61,944 bases of DNA from Burkholderiales bacterium (GTDB taxonomy: Bacteria > Pseudomonadota > Gammaproteobacteria > Burkholderiales > JALYOK01). The position numbers were made by a program, and so were the translations under genes. Below, one piece after another: positions 38,589-48,129 of this stretch. The DNA lies in NCBI GenBank assembly GCA_046598945.1, contig JBKJHT010000100.1, positions 1 to 61,944 of the forward strand. Direction: 5' to 3'. The notes beneath the pieces are model-generated. The model was given only the letters and a program-made list of their open reading frames with translations. It made no database searches and was not told where the DNA came from. Every line of letters starts with the position of its first letter. Positions within the stretch are counted from its first letter, which is position 1.

Positions 38589-40744
38589 GAAATTGGAGCA
38601 TCAAGTGGCGCGTGCTGTTACTGGCGTTGATTCCACCCATTGCCATTTCTTTGATATTGGCGGTTTACTTCACCAAGGTGCGTTTCGGCGAAGTGCAGCA
38701 ATCACTGCACGACCGCGGCCGTGCGCTGGTGCGCCAGTTGGCGCCGGCTACCGAATATGGCTTGTTTACGCGCAATCGCGAGATTCTCCAGGATTTGGCT
38801 GACACGGTGCGGCGCGAGGTCGACGTCAGCCTAGTCACCATCTCGGACGGCGCCGGGCAGTTCTTAGCGGTCAGCGGCGATTTGGAACAACGCGAGGTAT
38901 TGACGGAAAAGCCGCGCAGCATCAGCCTCGGAATATTGGAATATCCCGAACTGCTGTATTTCAGCGAACCGATACGCCGTGCCGGCGCCTACGATAAGGA
39001 TATTGCCGAGCAGTCGTTCGAGGAACCGGGCACGGGGGAGTCTAAGAAGGAGATGTTGGGTTGGGTAAACGTCACCATGAGTAAAGGCTCGACGCTGAAG
39101 CGCCAGCAGGAAATCCTGCTCAATGGCGCTATGATCGCATTCGGTAGTGTGTTGCTGACGGGGCTACTCGCACTAAGGCTTAGCCTGGGCATAACGCGTC
39201 CGATTCGACGCTTGGTCACTGCCGTGGAACAAATCACCGAAGGCGATTTGTCGGTACATGTATCGGCCACGTCCGGTGGCGAGTTGACGGTGTTGGCGCG
39301 CGGCATTAATAGCATGGCGCAGACCCTCAAGTCGGCGCAGGAAAACCTGCAGGAAAAAGTCGATCAGGCCACGGCGCAGATCACCTATCAAGCCAGCCAC
39401 GACACCTTAACGGGACTGATTAATCGACGCGAGTTTGAATCACGCCTAGAGCGGGCGCTGGTGAGTGCTCAACAGCATGGCAAAGTGCACGCGCTGTTTT
39501 TTATTGACTTGGATCAGTTCAAAATCGTTAATGACACCTGCGGCCACACTGCCGGCGATGAACTATTGCGCCAAGTCGCTCATCAATTGCGGCAGAAAAT
39601 TCGGGATCGCGATACCTTGGGGCGCATCGGCGGTGATGAGTTTACGGTGTTGTTGGAAAATTGCTACCTTGATGATGCCGTGGAAATCGCTCAGCAGTTG
39701 CGCGAGACGGTGCAAAATTTTCGCTTTGCTTGGGGCCAGAAATTTTTTGCCATCGGCGCTTCGATCGGGATCACCGTCATCACCAACACCAGCGAGAGTG
39801 CCGCGGTGCTATTGAGTCAGGCCGATGCCGCCTGCTACACCGCCAAGGATTTGGGCCGCAATCGCGTTTATGTTTTTAATGAGGACGATGCCTCGCGCAT
39901 TGCGCGCGTCGGCGCGATGGAATGGGTGACGCGTATCGCTCATGCGTTCCAAGAAGATCGTTTCGTTCTTTATTGCCAATCCATTTTGCCGTTGCGCGGC
40001 GCCAAGGAAGGCGATCCTTACCACTACGAAATCCTCTTGCGCATGCGTGGTGAAAACGGCGAGATCATTCCGCCCATGGCATTTGTTCCGGCGGCGGAAC
40101 GCTTTAACCAGATGCACGCGATCGATCGCTGGGTGATCCACGAAAGTTTCTCGGTGTTACGCAATTTAATGCAGGGGCAGCGTGGCGGATTGATGACGGT
40201 TTTTTCGATCAATTTGTCTGGCGCATCGTTGTGCGACGAGAAATTTTCGGTGTTCTTGCGAGAGCAGCTTACACATTTCGATATTCCACCGCGCAATATT
40301 TGTTTTGAAATCACCGAAACCGCCGCGATCAGCAATTTGACCCAGGCGGTGACATTGATCCAGCACTTCAAGCGGCTTGGCTGTAAGTTCGTGCTCGATG
40401 ATTTCGGCGCCGGTCTATCGTCGTTCAACTATCTCAAACATTTACCCGTTGACGGTATCAAGATCGACGGCGGATTCGTCAAAGGCATGGCGACTAATCG
40501 CATGGATTTCACCATGGTCGAGGCGATCAACAATATCGGCCACGCCATGGGGTTGACCACCACGGCGGAGTTTGTGGAGGACGACACGATCATGCGCATG
40601 TTGCTCGATCTAGGCGTGGACTATGCCCAAGGCCATTGGGTGCAACGCCCGCGCCCAGTAGGCGAGTGGTTTTCGCATGATGGGGATAACAAACGCAATG
40701 TCGATTTGAAGTTGCGGCTCATTGCGCGTTCGAGCGACAAATGA
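38585..40744 (+). CDS. Membrane c-di-GMP enzyme: BarA/GacS-like sensor, HAMP, GGDEF and EAL
   Basis: Two TM helices flanking LAPATEYGL; HAMP (PIRRL...GDL...EL); HDTLTGL; RDRD I-site; GGDEF; EILLR, EITE, DDFG and KID. Confidence 0.93.
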   Translation: MRNWSIKWRVLLLALIPPIAISLILAVYFTKVRFGEVQQSLHDRGRALVRQLAPATEYGLFTRNREILQDLADTVRREVDVSLVTISDGAGQFLAVSGDLEQREVLTEKPRSISLGILEYPELLYFSEPIRRAGAYDKDIAEQSFEEPGTGESKKEMLGWVNVTMSKGSTLKRQQEILLNGAMIAFGSVLLTGLLALRLSLGITRPIRRLVTAVEQITEGDLSVHVSATSGGELTVLARGINSMAQTLKSAQENLQEKVDQATAQITYQASHDTLTGLINRREFESRLERALVSAQQHGKVHALFFIDLDQFKIVNDTCGHTAGDELLRQVAHQLRQKIRDRDTLGRIGGDEFTVLLENCYLDDAVEIAQQLRETVQNFRFAWGQKFFAIGASIGITVITNTSESAAVLLSQADAACYTAKDLGRNRVYVFNEDDASRIARVGAMEWVTRIAHAFQEDRFVLYCQSILPLRGAKEGDPYHYEILLRMRGENGEIIPPMAFVPAAERFNQMHAIDRWVIHESFSVLRNLMQGQRGGLMTVFSINLSGASLCDEKFSVFLREQLTHFDIPPRNICFEITETAAISNLTQAVTLIQHFKRLGCKFVLDDFGAGLSSFNYLKHLPVDGIKIDGGFVKGMATNRMDFTMVEAINNIGHAMGLTTTAEFVEDDTIMRMLLDLGVDYAQGHWVQRPRPVGEWFSHDGDNKRNVDLKLRLIARSSDK

Positions 40745-40925
40745 GTGGGGCCTTACCCATGCAGGCATTATAATATCAAGCGTTCCATGCTGAGCGTGGT
40801 TGGCTGTAACGGCAATCAGCGAGCGGTTCTCCAGGCGGTCATGGCTGGAAGCCAATCTCCGCGCGCCTTCTGGCAATGGCCTGGTTTTAACGAGATCGTC
40901 CCCTTTTCATAAGCAATTTCGATTC

Positions 40926-41447
40926 ATGAATGTAGTGGGTTTCGCCGGATTCTCCGGTAGCGGCAAAACGACGTTGATCGAGGCGATTATTCCGCTGCTC
41001 GTTGCGCGCGGTTTACGCGTGTCGTTGATCAAGCACGCGCATCACAGCTTCGACGTCGATCAGCCGGGCAAGGATTCTTATCGCCATCGCGCGGCCGGGG
41101 CAACGCAGGTGTTAGTGGCTTCGCAACAACGCTGGGTGTTGATGCATGAATTGCGCGATGCGGCGGAGCCGAGCTTGGACGAGCATCTTCAGCGCATCGC
41201 CGATTGCGATGTGGTGTTGGTCGAAGGATTCAAACGTGCCGCGATCGCGAAAATCGAAGTGCATCGCGCCGGCGCCGCGACATCGTTGTTATACCCCGGC
41301 GATCCGCATATTGTCGCCGTCGCTACGGACGAGCCGCTCGATACCCGGCTACCGCAACTGAACATCAATCGGCCCGTCGAGATCGCGGATTTTATCTACG
41401 GCAGTAAAGTTGCCGCGCCACCCCAACAATTACGCAACGCTCTATGA
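40926..41447 (+). CDS. mobB: Molybdopterin-guanine dinucleotide biosynthesis protein B
   Basis: GFSGSGKTT, IKHAHH.FDVD.PGKDS and LVEGFK; ATG at 40926. Confidence 0.95.
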   Translation: MNVVGFAGFSGSGKTTLIEAIIPLLVARGLRVSLIKHAHHSFDVDQPGKDSYRHRAAGATQVLVASQQRWVLMHELRDAAEPSLDEHLQRIADCDVVLVEGFKRAAIAKIEVHRAGAATSLLYPGDPHIVAVATDEPLDTRLPQLNINRPVEIADFIYGSKVAAPPQQLRNAL

Positions 41448-41698
41448 TAAATATTCTGTATTTTGCTCGAATTAAAGAAGCGCTAGGCGTTGGTCAAGAA
41501 TCGATTGCTCTGCCAAAGGACGCCAACGATGTAGCCGGTCTGACCGCTTGGTTACGCCAGCGCGGCGTTGCCTGGCAAACGGAACTGGCGCCGGGCAAGG
41601 CATTGCGGGTGGCGGTGAATCAAGTGATGGTGGGCATGGACGCGGCGATCACGGACGGCGACGAGATTGCCTATTTCCCACCGGTGACAGGGGGTTGA
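41444..41698 (+). CDS. moaD: Molybdopterin synthase sulfur carrier subunit
   Basis: ILYFA, AVNQ and C-terminal FPPVTGG. Confidence 0.96.
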   Translation: MINILYFARIKEALGVGQESIALPKDANDVAGLTAWLRQRGVAWQTELAPGKALRVAVNQVMVGMDAAITDGDEIAYFPPVTGG

Positions 41699-41699
41699 T

Positions 41700-42152
41700 A
41701 TGAGTGTTCGCGTACAAACGGAAGATTTCGATATTGGCGCCGCGGTTGCGCAATTGCGCAAAGGCAATGCCAAGATCGGCGCTATCGCCAGTTTCATCGG
41801 CTTGGTGCGCGACATGAATGAGGGCGATGACGTTTCGACCATGACCCTCGAACATTATCCGGGCATGACCGAGAAAGCGCTTGAGGACATCGTCGCGCAG
41901 GCGAAGTCGCGCTGGGAACTGTATGACGCGTTAGTCGTTCATCGCGTCGGACGGTTGTTGCCGTTGGATCAGATAGTCTTGGTTGTCGTCACCAGCGCCC
42001 ATCGCGGCGATGCGTTTTCTGCATGCGAATTTTTGATGGATTATCTGAAAACCCAAGCGCCATTTTGGAAAAAAGAAGATACCGCCAAAGGCGCACGCTG
42101 GGTGGATGCGCGGGAATCGGACGATGCGGCGGCCGCGCGCTGGAAAGAATAA
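41700..42152 (+). CDS. moaE: Molybdopterin synthase catalytic subunit
   Basis: LEHYPGMT, HRVG, SAHR and KTQAPFWKKE. Confidence 0.97.
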   Translation: MSVRVQTEDFDIGAAVAQLRKGNAKIGAIASFIGLVRDMNEGDDVSTMTLEHYPGMTEKALEDIVAQAKSRWELYDALVVHRVGRLLPLDQIVLVVVTSAHRGDAFSACEFLMDYLKTQAPFWKKEDTAKGARWVDARESDDAAAARWKE

Positions 42153-42161
42153 TCCGTCGCC

Positions 42162-42356
42162 ATGAGCATCGCCGAGCGACTCGCGCGTTGGGCAATCGTG
42201 ATCGGCTTCGGCTTACTCGCGGCGGTTACGGCGTTGGCCGCGGTGATGATCAAAATCACTGGGCAGCCGGGAAACGTCGTGGTGTTATCCCTGGTCGCGA
42301 TTGTCAGTTCCGCGATTGCGTTCTATCTAAGGCGCGTTATCAGGCGCGCGCAATAG
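42162..42356 (+). CDS. Small two-TM membrane protein
   Basis: 64-aa ORF with two hydrophobic helices and a basic tail, filling the moaE-pqqE gap. Confidence 0.55.
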   Translation: MSIAERLARWAIVIGFGLLAAVTALAAVMIKITGQPGNVVVLSLVAIVSSAIAFYLRRVIRRAQ

Positions 42357-42380
42357 CGCGAGATGCCCGGACGCATTGGC

Positions 42381-43559
42381 CTAGGGCGCGACGGATTCAG
42401 GCGCGCGATTTTCCGACAAGGCGGTGGAATTTTTATTGAGACGGAACACCAGTGGTTTGATCTCAACATTTTGTTTCGAAAGTTCCGCGAGTGCCACGGC
42501 TTCCGTCACCAAATGATGCTTGGGCGACAGATCACAAATCGGATCGGTGTTGGTTGCATCCTGCGTCAACATATAAGCCTGACAACGGCAGCCGCCGAAA
42601 TCCTTGGTCTTCTCCGGGCAGGAGCGGCACGGCTCCTTCATCCAACTATCGCCACGATAAATGTTGAACGCGTCGGAGTCGTACCAAATTTTATCCAGCG
42701 ACATGTCGCGTACGGTCGGGAAATCAATGCCGGGTAGCATGCGCGCTTCGTGGCACGGCAATACCATGCCGTCTGGTGCGATGTTGATGAAAATGTTGCC
42801 CCAGCCGTTCATGCAGGCCTTCGGCCGCGTAGCGTGATAGTCCGGCACGACGAAAAAGATTTTCATCTTATCGCCGATGCGTTTGCGGAATTCGTTGACG
42901 TAGGCTTCGGCTTTATCTAACTGTGCGTGGGTCGGCAGCAGTTGATCGCGGTTCAAAAAACTCCAGCCGTAATATTGCGTATTGGCGAGCTCGACGTAGT
43001 CGGCGTCCATCTCTTCCGCCAGGCCCAATATCTTGTCGATGTGGTCGAGGTTCATGCGATGTAACACGACGTTCAACACCATCGGATAGTCGTATTCCTT
43101 TACCAAGCGAGCGATCTTTTTCTTCAGATCAAAGGTCTTGGTGCTGGAAAGAAAATCATTCATCTCCCTGGTGGAATCTTGGAACGAAACTTGAATATGA
43201 TCCAGGCCATTGTCTTTCAGGCGCTTGATGCGTGCCTCGTTCATGCCGATGCCGGAGGTGAGCAGGTTGGTGTAGAAGCCGAGTTTATGCGCCTCGGCGA
43301 CAATCTCTTCAAGATCATCGCGCAGCAGCGGTTCGCCGCCGGAGAGGCCGAGTTGCACCACACCCATCTTGCGCGCTTCGGTGAGTACGCGAACCCATTC
43401 GGCCGTGGTCAGCTCTTGATCGTACTTAGCATAATCAATTGGGTTGTAGCAATACACGCAATGCAGCGGACATTGATAGGTCAACTCAACATTGAGCCAC
43501 TGCGGATAAGGAATGTCGCTACGCTGCACTTGTTTTAACTCTGACCCAACCGTTTCCAT
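42381..43559 (-). CDS. pqqE: PqqA peptide cyclase (radical SAM/SPASM)
   Basis: [32 protein letters not shown] and GGCRCQA. Confidence 0.97.
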   Translation of the reverse strand: METVGSELKQVQRSDIPYPQWLNVELTYQCPLHCVYCYNPIDYAKYDQELTTAEWVRVLTEARKMGVVQLGLSGGEPLLRDDLEEIVAEAHKLGFYTNLLTSGIGMNEARIKRLKDNGLDHIQVSFQDSTREMNDFLSSTKTFDLKKKIARLVKEYDYPMVLNVVLHRMNLDHIDKILGLAEEMDADYVELANTQYYGWSFLNRDQLLPTHAQLDKAEAYVNEFRKRIGDKMKIFFVVPDYHATRPKACMNGWGNIFINIAPDGMVLPCHEARMLPGIDFPTVRDMSLDKIWYDSDAFNIYRGDSWMKEPCRSCPEKTKDFGGCRCQAYMLTQDATNTDPICDLSPKHHLVTEAVALAELSKQNVEIKPLVFRLNKNSTALSENRAPESVAP

Positions 43560-43815
43560 GAGCTATCTCCAGGCCAGCCAGCACATCTTTGCGCAAGTCC
43601 GGCTCGTTAAATGTCTTCTGTAACTCTTCGGCAATCGCGGCGATGGTGGCATTGCCATCGACGCGCTTGATAATTTCTCCGGCGCTGCCGTTCAATTGCA
43701 CGCGGCCTTCCGGATAAAGCAACACATAGGCTTTCGGCACTTCTTCCCATTGCAAGCGGAAGTGCTTGGAAATTTCCATGGTGTCCGTCAACTCAAGCGG
43801 CTTCTTTTCGCTCAC
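43519..43815 (-). CDS. pqqD: PqqD peptide chaperone (RRE)
   Basis: [22 protein letters not shown]. Confidence 0.95.
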   Translation of the reverse strand: MSEKKPLELTDTMEISKHFRLQWEEVPKAYVLLYPEGRVQLNGSAGEIIKRVDGNATIAAIAEELQKTFNEPDLRKDVLAGLEIAHGNGWVRVKTSAA

Positions 43816-44539
43816 GCTTGGCCTCCATGATTTGCTCAGGTGTTAGATAGTTGAAGGCCATGGAATCCAACATCGACCACAACACATCAAGTTTGAATTG
43901 CAGTATATCCAACGCCCGTTCCTGCAATGGACGTGTATTGAAATATTCCAGCGTGATTCCCAAGCCTTGCTCGACATCGCGGCGCGCCTGAGCGATGCGT
44001 TTTTTGAAGTAGGACAAGCCCTCTTCTTTGATCCACGGATAATGCTCGGGCCAGGTGTTGATGCGTTCCTTGTGAATATGCGGCGCGAACAATTCCGTCA
44101 GCGAGGAACAAACCGATTCTTGCCACGGGCGCTGCCGCGCAAAATTGATATACGCCTCGACGGAAAAACGCACGCCGGGCAGCACATACTTCAACGACGT
44201 TATCTCTTCGCGCGTGACGCCGACCGCGTCGCCGAGCCGAATCCAGGTTTCGATGCCGCCTTCGTCTTCACCAAAACCATCGTGATCGAGAATGCGTTGA
44301 ATCCATCCGCGCCGCACTTCTTGGTCGGGACAATTGCTCATCACCGCCGCATCTTTAATCGGAATGCTGATCTGATAGAAGAAACGATTTGCCACCCACT
44401 TGCGCACTTGATCCGGCGTCAGTTTGCCGGAATTCAGCAGCACGTTGAAGGGATGATAGATGTGATAGCCCTTGCCCTTTTCGCGCAACTTCGCTTCAAA
44501 TTCCTCTTTGCTCCAGGGGAGTATTTCGTTCGCACCCAT
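43793..44539 (-). CDS. pqqC: Pyrroloquinoline quinone synthase
   Basis: [36 protein letters not shown] and FKLDVLW. Confidence 0.97.
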   Translation of the reverse strand: MGANEILPWSKEEFEAKLREKGKGYHIYHPFNVLLNSGKLTPDQVRKWVANRFFYQISIPIKDAAVMSNCPDQEVRRGWIQRILDHDGFGEDEGGIETWIRLGDAVGVTREEITSLKYVLPGVRFSVEAYINFARQRPWQESVCSSLTELFAPHIHKERINTWPEHYPWIKEEGLSYFKKRIAQARRDVEQGLGITLEYFNTRPLQERALDILQFKLDVLWSMLDSMAFNYLTPEQIMEAKRERKEAA

Positions 44540-44548
44540 TGTGAATTC

Positions 44549-45463
44549 CTATAACTCGATTTCCAATCCATCATACGCCACTTCGATGCCATGGCGAATC
44601 AGTTCCGCGCGCTCGGCGGAATCTTCGTTGAGAATGGGATTGGTGTTGTTGATGTGGATCAAAATCTTGCGCGGCTTGGTCAAGGGCTGTAACACTTCGA
44701 TCATGCCGCCGGGGCCGCTTTGCGGCAGGTGGCCCATGTCTTGGGCGCGCTTAGCCGATAAGCCCAGCGTGATCATCTCATCGTCAGTCCAAGTCGTTCC
44801 GTCCACCAACAGGCAATCGGAATCGGCCATCAGTGGTTTTAGGTGCGGCTCGATCTGGCCTAGGCCTGGCGCATAGAATAAAGTCTTGCCGGTTCGCGTA
44901 TCGGTGACGCGCATGCCCAGGTTATCGCCCTCGTGTGGATCATTGCGATGGGGCGAGTAGGGCGGCGCCTTGCTCTTCAGCGGAAAAGGCTTGAACAGCA
45001 GATGCTCGGCGCCGGCCACGGCAAAGCCGTCGCCACGGGGCTGCACCTGATGCCAATTCACTTTGCAATAATGCCCCAGAATATTAAACAGTGGATTGCC
45101 GGTGGTCATGTCCTCGTGGACCATGTCGGTGCAATAGATTTCCAGCGGCTTGCCTTCGCGCAGGCTGAGCAAACCCGTCGTGTGGTCGATTTGCGCATCC
45201 ATCAGAATAATTCCGACGATACCGGTGTCGCGCTTGGCGCGGGCCGGTTGCAGTGCGGGGAAAGCGCGAATCTGGCTCAGGATGTCCGGCGACGCGTTGA
45301 ACAGCACCCAATTTACATTGTCTGTGCTGACGGCGATCGAGGATTGCGTGCGCGGTTTGGCATTTATCCTGCCCTTGCGCAAACCATCGCACATTGGACA
45401 ATTACAATTCCATTGCGGAAATCCGCCGCCGGCGGCGGATCCTAACACTTTGATTTTCATCAT
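44549..45463 (-). CDS. pqqB: PQQ biosynthesis protein B
   Basis: [21 protein letters not shown] and HINNTNP. Confidence 0.97.
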   Translation of the reverse strand: MMKIKVLGSAAGGGFPQWNCNCPMCDGLRKGRINAKPRTQSSIAVSTDNVNWVLFNASPDILSQIRAFPALQPARAKRDTGIVGIILMDAQIDHTTGLLSLREGKPLEIYCTDMVHEDMTTGNPLFNILGHYCKVNWHQVQPRGDGFAVAGAEHLLFKPFPLKSKAPPYSPHRNDPHEGDNLGMRVTDTRTGKTLFYAPGLGQIEPHLKPLMADSDCLLVDGTTWTDDEMITLGLSAKRAQDMGHLPQSGPGGMIEVLQPLTKPRKILIHINNTNPILNEDSAERAELIRHGIEVAYDGLEIEL

Positions 45464-45496
45464 ATTTTTTCGCTTAATGCAGAACGACAGGCAAAC

Positions 45497-45528
45497 AAAA
45501 AGGGGGCTTTTAAGGGCCCCCTTTTTTT
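45497..45528. terminator. Terminator-like hairpin between pqqA and pqqB
   Basis: AAAAAGGGGGC, 8-nt loop, GCCCCCTTTTT; T-runs on both strands. Confidence 0.8.
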
Positions 45529-45540
45529 GAAGCTTAGTGC

Positions 45541-45612
45541 TTAGCGATTAGCAACGTACATCGTTACTTCAAAGCCAAAACGCAGGTCAGCAAATTCAGG
45601 TTTGGTCCACAT
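45541..45612 (-). CDS. pqqA: PQQ precursor peptide, copy 2 (not in ORF track)
   Basis: [23 protein letters not shown] with the ExxxY core; AGGAG RBS. Confidence 0.97.
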   Translation of the reverse strand: MWTKPEFADLRFGFEVTMYVANR

Positions 45613-45758
45613 GTTTGTGTCTCCTAGTGAATGTTTAAGTTAAGTTACTTTTTCGAATCTTCCCTAATTGGCCGACTCAGACTCAATTTTGGGTTTGGAC
45701 TCGATTTAATTCAATGCAAAAATCAGTAATTTCGCCTAATGAAAATCATTAGATGATA

Positions 45759-45830
45759 TTAACGATTGGCCACATACATGGTTACTTCAAAGCCAAAACG
45801 AAGGTCGGCGAATTCAGGTTTGGTCCACAT
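45759..45830 (-). CDS. pqqA: PQQ precursor peptide, copy 1 (not in ORF track)
   Basis: Same 23-aa peptide with its own AGGAG RBS; 8 synonymous differences from copy 2. Confidence 0.97.
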   Translation of the reverse strand: MWTKPEFADLRFGFEVTMYVANR

Positions 45831-46094
45831 GATTAAATCTCCTAAAGGTTTGTCATTGATCGAAATACTATGATGTGTATTCTGCGCGCAAACCTGGGTG
45901 TGGGCAACGCGATATTCCGTAATTTTGTCTCATGATTATCATGATGTCGGCCTGATGGGCGCCTACGTCGATGCCCCATTAAATTGTTAACCATTTGAAA
46001 TTAAATATATAAAACGCTATCTTCGAGCCGGGCCTGTTTTTCCCAGACTACGCTGGCGCTACTAATTCAGCAACAACCTTAGTACCATACGAAC

Positions 46095-47459
46095 ATGAGT
46101 CTTCGTTCCACTATCAATCTGCTGATTACGCTGGTCATGATCGTTTTTCTCATTGCCCTGGCGGCACTGGAGATCGACGGTTCCCGTCGCGCCATCCGCG
46201 AAGAAATGGAGGCCGCGACCAAGGTCACGGTACAGTTGTTGGAGAATGTGATCAAGACCGAACAAATCCAAGGGGGCGCAACCTCGCCGCGCGCGCTAGT
46301 GGGCTTTCTCGATCAATTGGGGCGGGTGCGTGCCCACGATATTCGCCTCGACAGCGCCATCGGCATGCCTTTATACGAATCGCCCGCTTCGCCTTATAAG
46401 CCTGGGAAAGCGGCGCCGGCGTGGTTTACCAAGCTGGTTTCTCCATCGGTTGAACCGATTACGCTCAATGTCGGGCCCGGCAAGTTGCGAATTTTGCCGG
46501 AACCTTCGCGTTCCGTGCTCGATGCGTGGGATGAACTGCTGCGATTGTTTTGGTTGTCCTTGGCGCTTTTCGTGTTAGTCAATTTGATCGTGTTTTGGTT
46601 TGCCGGCAGGGCGCTTAATCCGGTGAAGGATATCTTAAGCGGGCTGCGAAAAATGGAACTGGGCGAGTTTCACGCTCGATTGCCGCGCTTCAAATTGCGC
46701 GAAATGGCGGCGATTTCCGATACGTTCAACCGCATGGCCGAGGCGATCGAAGAAAGTTTTACGGTCAAACGTCAAGCCGAAAAAACCGCCCTTGAACTGA
46801 AAGAGAATCGTGAGCTGACACAGATTATTCAGCGTCACATCGAAGAGGAACGGCGCAATCTCGCATTAGAGCTACACGACGAACTCGGCCAATCCGTGAC
46901 CGCAGTCAAATCCATTGCAACCTCGTTAGTGAATCGAACGCGCGATAAAAATCCTGAGTTGCAAGCCGCCGCGCAAATGATCGTCGACGTGTCGGGGCAA
47001 ATGTATGATTCAATGCACGGCATGGTGCGGCAACTGCGGCCGCTGGCGCTGGATAGGTTGGGATTGCGCGATGCCTTGCAGGAACTGGTCGGATCGCAAC
47101 AAACGCGCTATCCCGGCGTCGAGTTCGATTTGACCATGGAAGGCGATTTCAGCAATATTGACGCGGATGTGAGCATTGCCGCGTATCGAATGGTGCAAGA
47201 ATGTCTCACCAACATCGTGCGCCATGCCGGCGCGAGCCGGGCTAAGGTAACGCTGAAGGCCGATGCCTGCCTAACGCTGGAAGTGCAGGACAATGGCAAG
47301 GGCTTGCCGCCCGACCACGCGGGAAGAGAAGAACGCTTTGGACTGATGGGCATGCGCGAGCGTGCCGAGGGTTTAGGAGGGACTTTTAATTTGCATAGCG
47401 AAGAAGGAGTAAGAATCAGCGTGACGTTACCAATACGTATTGCAGTGGCCCAGGTTTGA
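46095..47459 (+). CDS. Sensor histidine kinase (HisKA_3, MoxY/MxcQ-like)
   Basis: Two TM helices, HAMP, ELHDELGQ H-box, QECLTNIVRHA, DNGKG and FGLMGMRER. Confidence 0.92.
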   Translation: MSLRSTINLLITLVMIVFLIALAALEIDGSRRAIREEMEAATKVTVQLLENVIKTEQIQGGATSPRALVGFLDQLGRVRAHDIRLDSAIGMPLYESPASPYKPGKAAPAWFTKLVSPSVEPITLNVGPGKLRILPEPSRSVLDAWDELLRLFWLSLALFVLVNLIVFWFAGRALNPVKDILSGLRKMELGEFHARLPRFKLREMAAISDTFNRMAEAIEESFTVKRQAEKTALELKENRELTQIIQRHIEEERRNLALELHDELGQSVTAVKSIATSLVNRTRDKNPELQAAAQMIVDVSGQMYDSMHGMVRQLRPLALDRLGLRDALQELVGSQQTRYPGVEFDLTMEGDFSNIDADVSIAAYRMVQECLTNIVRHAGASRAKVTLKADACLTLEVQDNGKGLPPDHAGREERFGLMGMRERAEGLGGTFNLHSEEGVRISVTLPIRIAVAQV

Positions 47460-48094
47460 GTTCGATTCGCGTGATGCTGGTGGACGACCACGCCGTCGTG
47501 CGGATGGGATTTAAACTCCTGTTGCAGGGCGCGGACGACATCGAAGTTGTGGCGGAGGCCGAGTCCGGCGAAGAGGCGATTAAGCGCTATCCTGATATAA
47601 AGCCGGATGTCGTCGTAATGGATATTTCCATGCCCGGAATCGGTGGACTGGAAGCCGTCACACGACTGTTGGCAAAAGATCCGGCGGCAAAAGTGTTGAT
47701 CCTATCCGCTCATGAAGACAGCAGCCACCCCAAGCGCCTACTTAAAGCCGGTGCGGTCGGTTATTTGTCCAAGCGCAGCGCCGCCGAAGAGTTGATCCAG
47801 GCGATCCACCAAGTCTTCAACGGGAAGACCTTTCTTGATTCGAAGCTCGCGCAAGCCATGGCGGTGCAGCAATTGACCGGCGAACAAAATCCGGTCGGAG
47901 TATTGTCGGACCGCGAATTCGAGGTGTTTATGCTCTTGGCAAAGGGCCAATCCGTTGCGCAGATTGCCGAGAAATTATTTCTCAGTCCGCGCACGGTGGG
48001 CACTCACCTGTACAACATCAAACAGAAACTCAACGCCGGAAATTCTGCCGAGATCACCTTGATCGCGATGCGCAACGGGTTGCTCGACCACTAG
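47456..48094 (+). CDS. NarL/LuxR-family response regulator
   Basis: VDDH, MDISMPG and LSDREFEV HTH; TTG start overlaps the kinase stop. Confidence 0.94.
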   Translation: MSSIRVMLVDDHAVVRMGFKLLLQGADDIEVVAEAESGEEAIKRYPDIKPDVVVMDISMPGIGGLEAVTRLLAKDPAAKVLILSAHEDSSHPKRLLKAGAVGYLSKRSAAEELIQAIHQVFNGKTFLDSKLAQAMAVQQLTGEQNPVGVLSDREFEVFMLLAKGQSVAQIAEKLFLSPRTVGTHLYNIKQKLNAGNSAEITLIAMRNGLLDH

Positions 48095-48129
48095 ATTCAA
48101 GACGACCCGATCGGCACGTTGGTGTGTTG

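Noticed and set aside
40800-40925. N-terminal extension of MobB in the ORF track
   Set aside because: Reads through repeat-like spacer; MobB homology begins at ATG 40926. Similar over-extended starts were trimmed for dxr, xseA, hyi, NlpC/P60, the S9 peptidase and the ADH.
43898-44554. 218-aa ORF antisense to pqqC
   Set aside because: Shadow ORF; pqqC motifs on the minus strand are unambiguous.
40926-45463. Joint molybdopterin-PQQ hybrid cofactor pathway
   Set aside because: Both clusters are canonical, convergent and independently explained; adjacency alone is not evidence.
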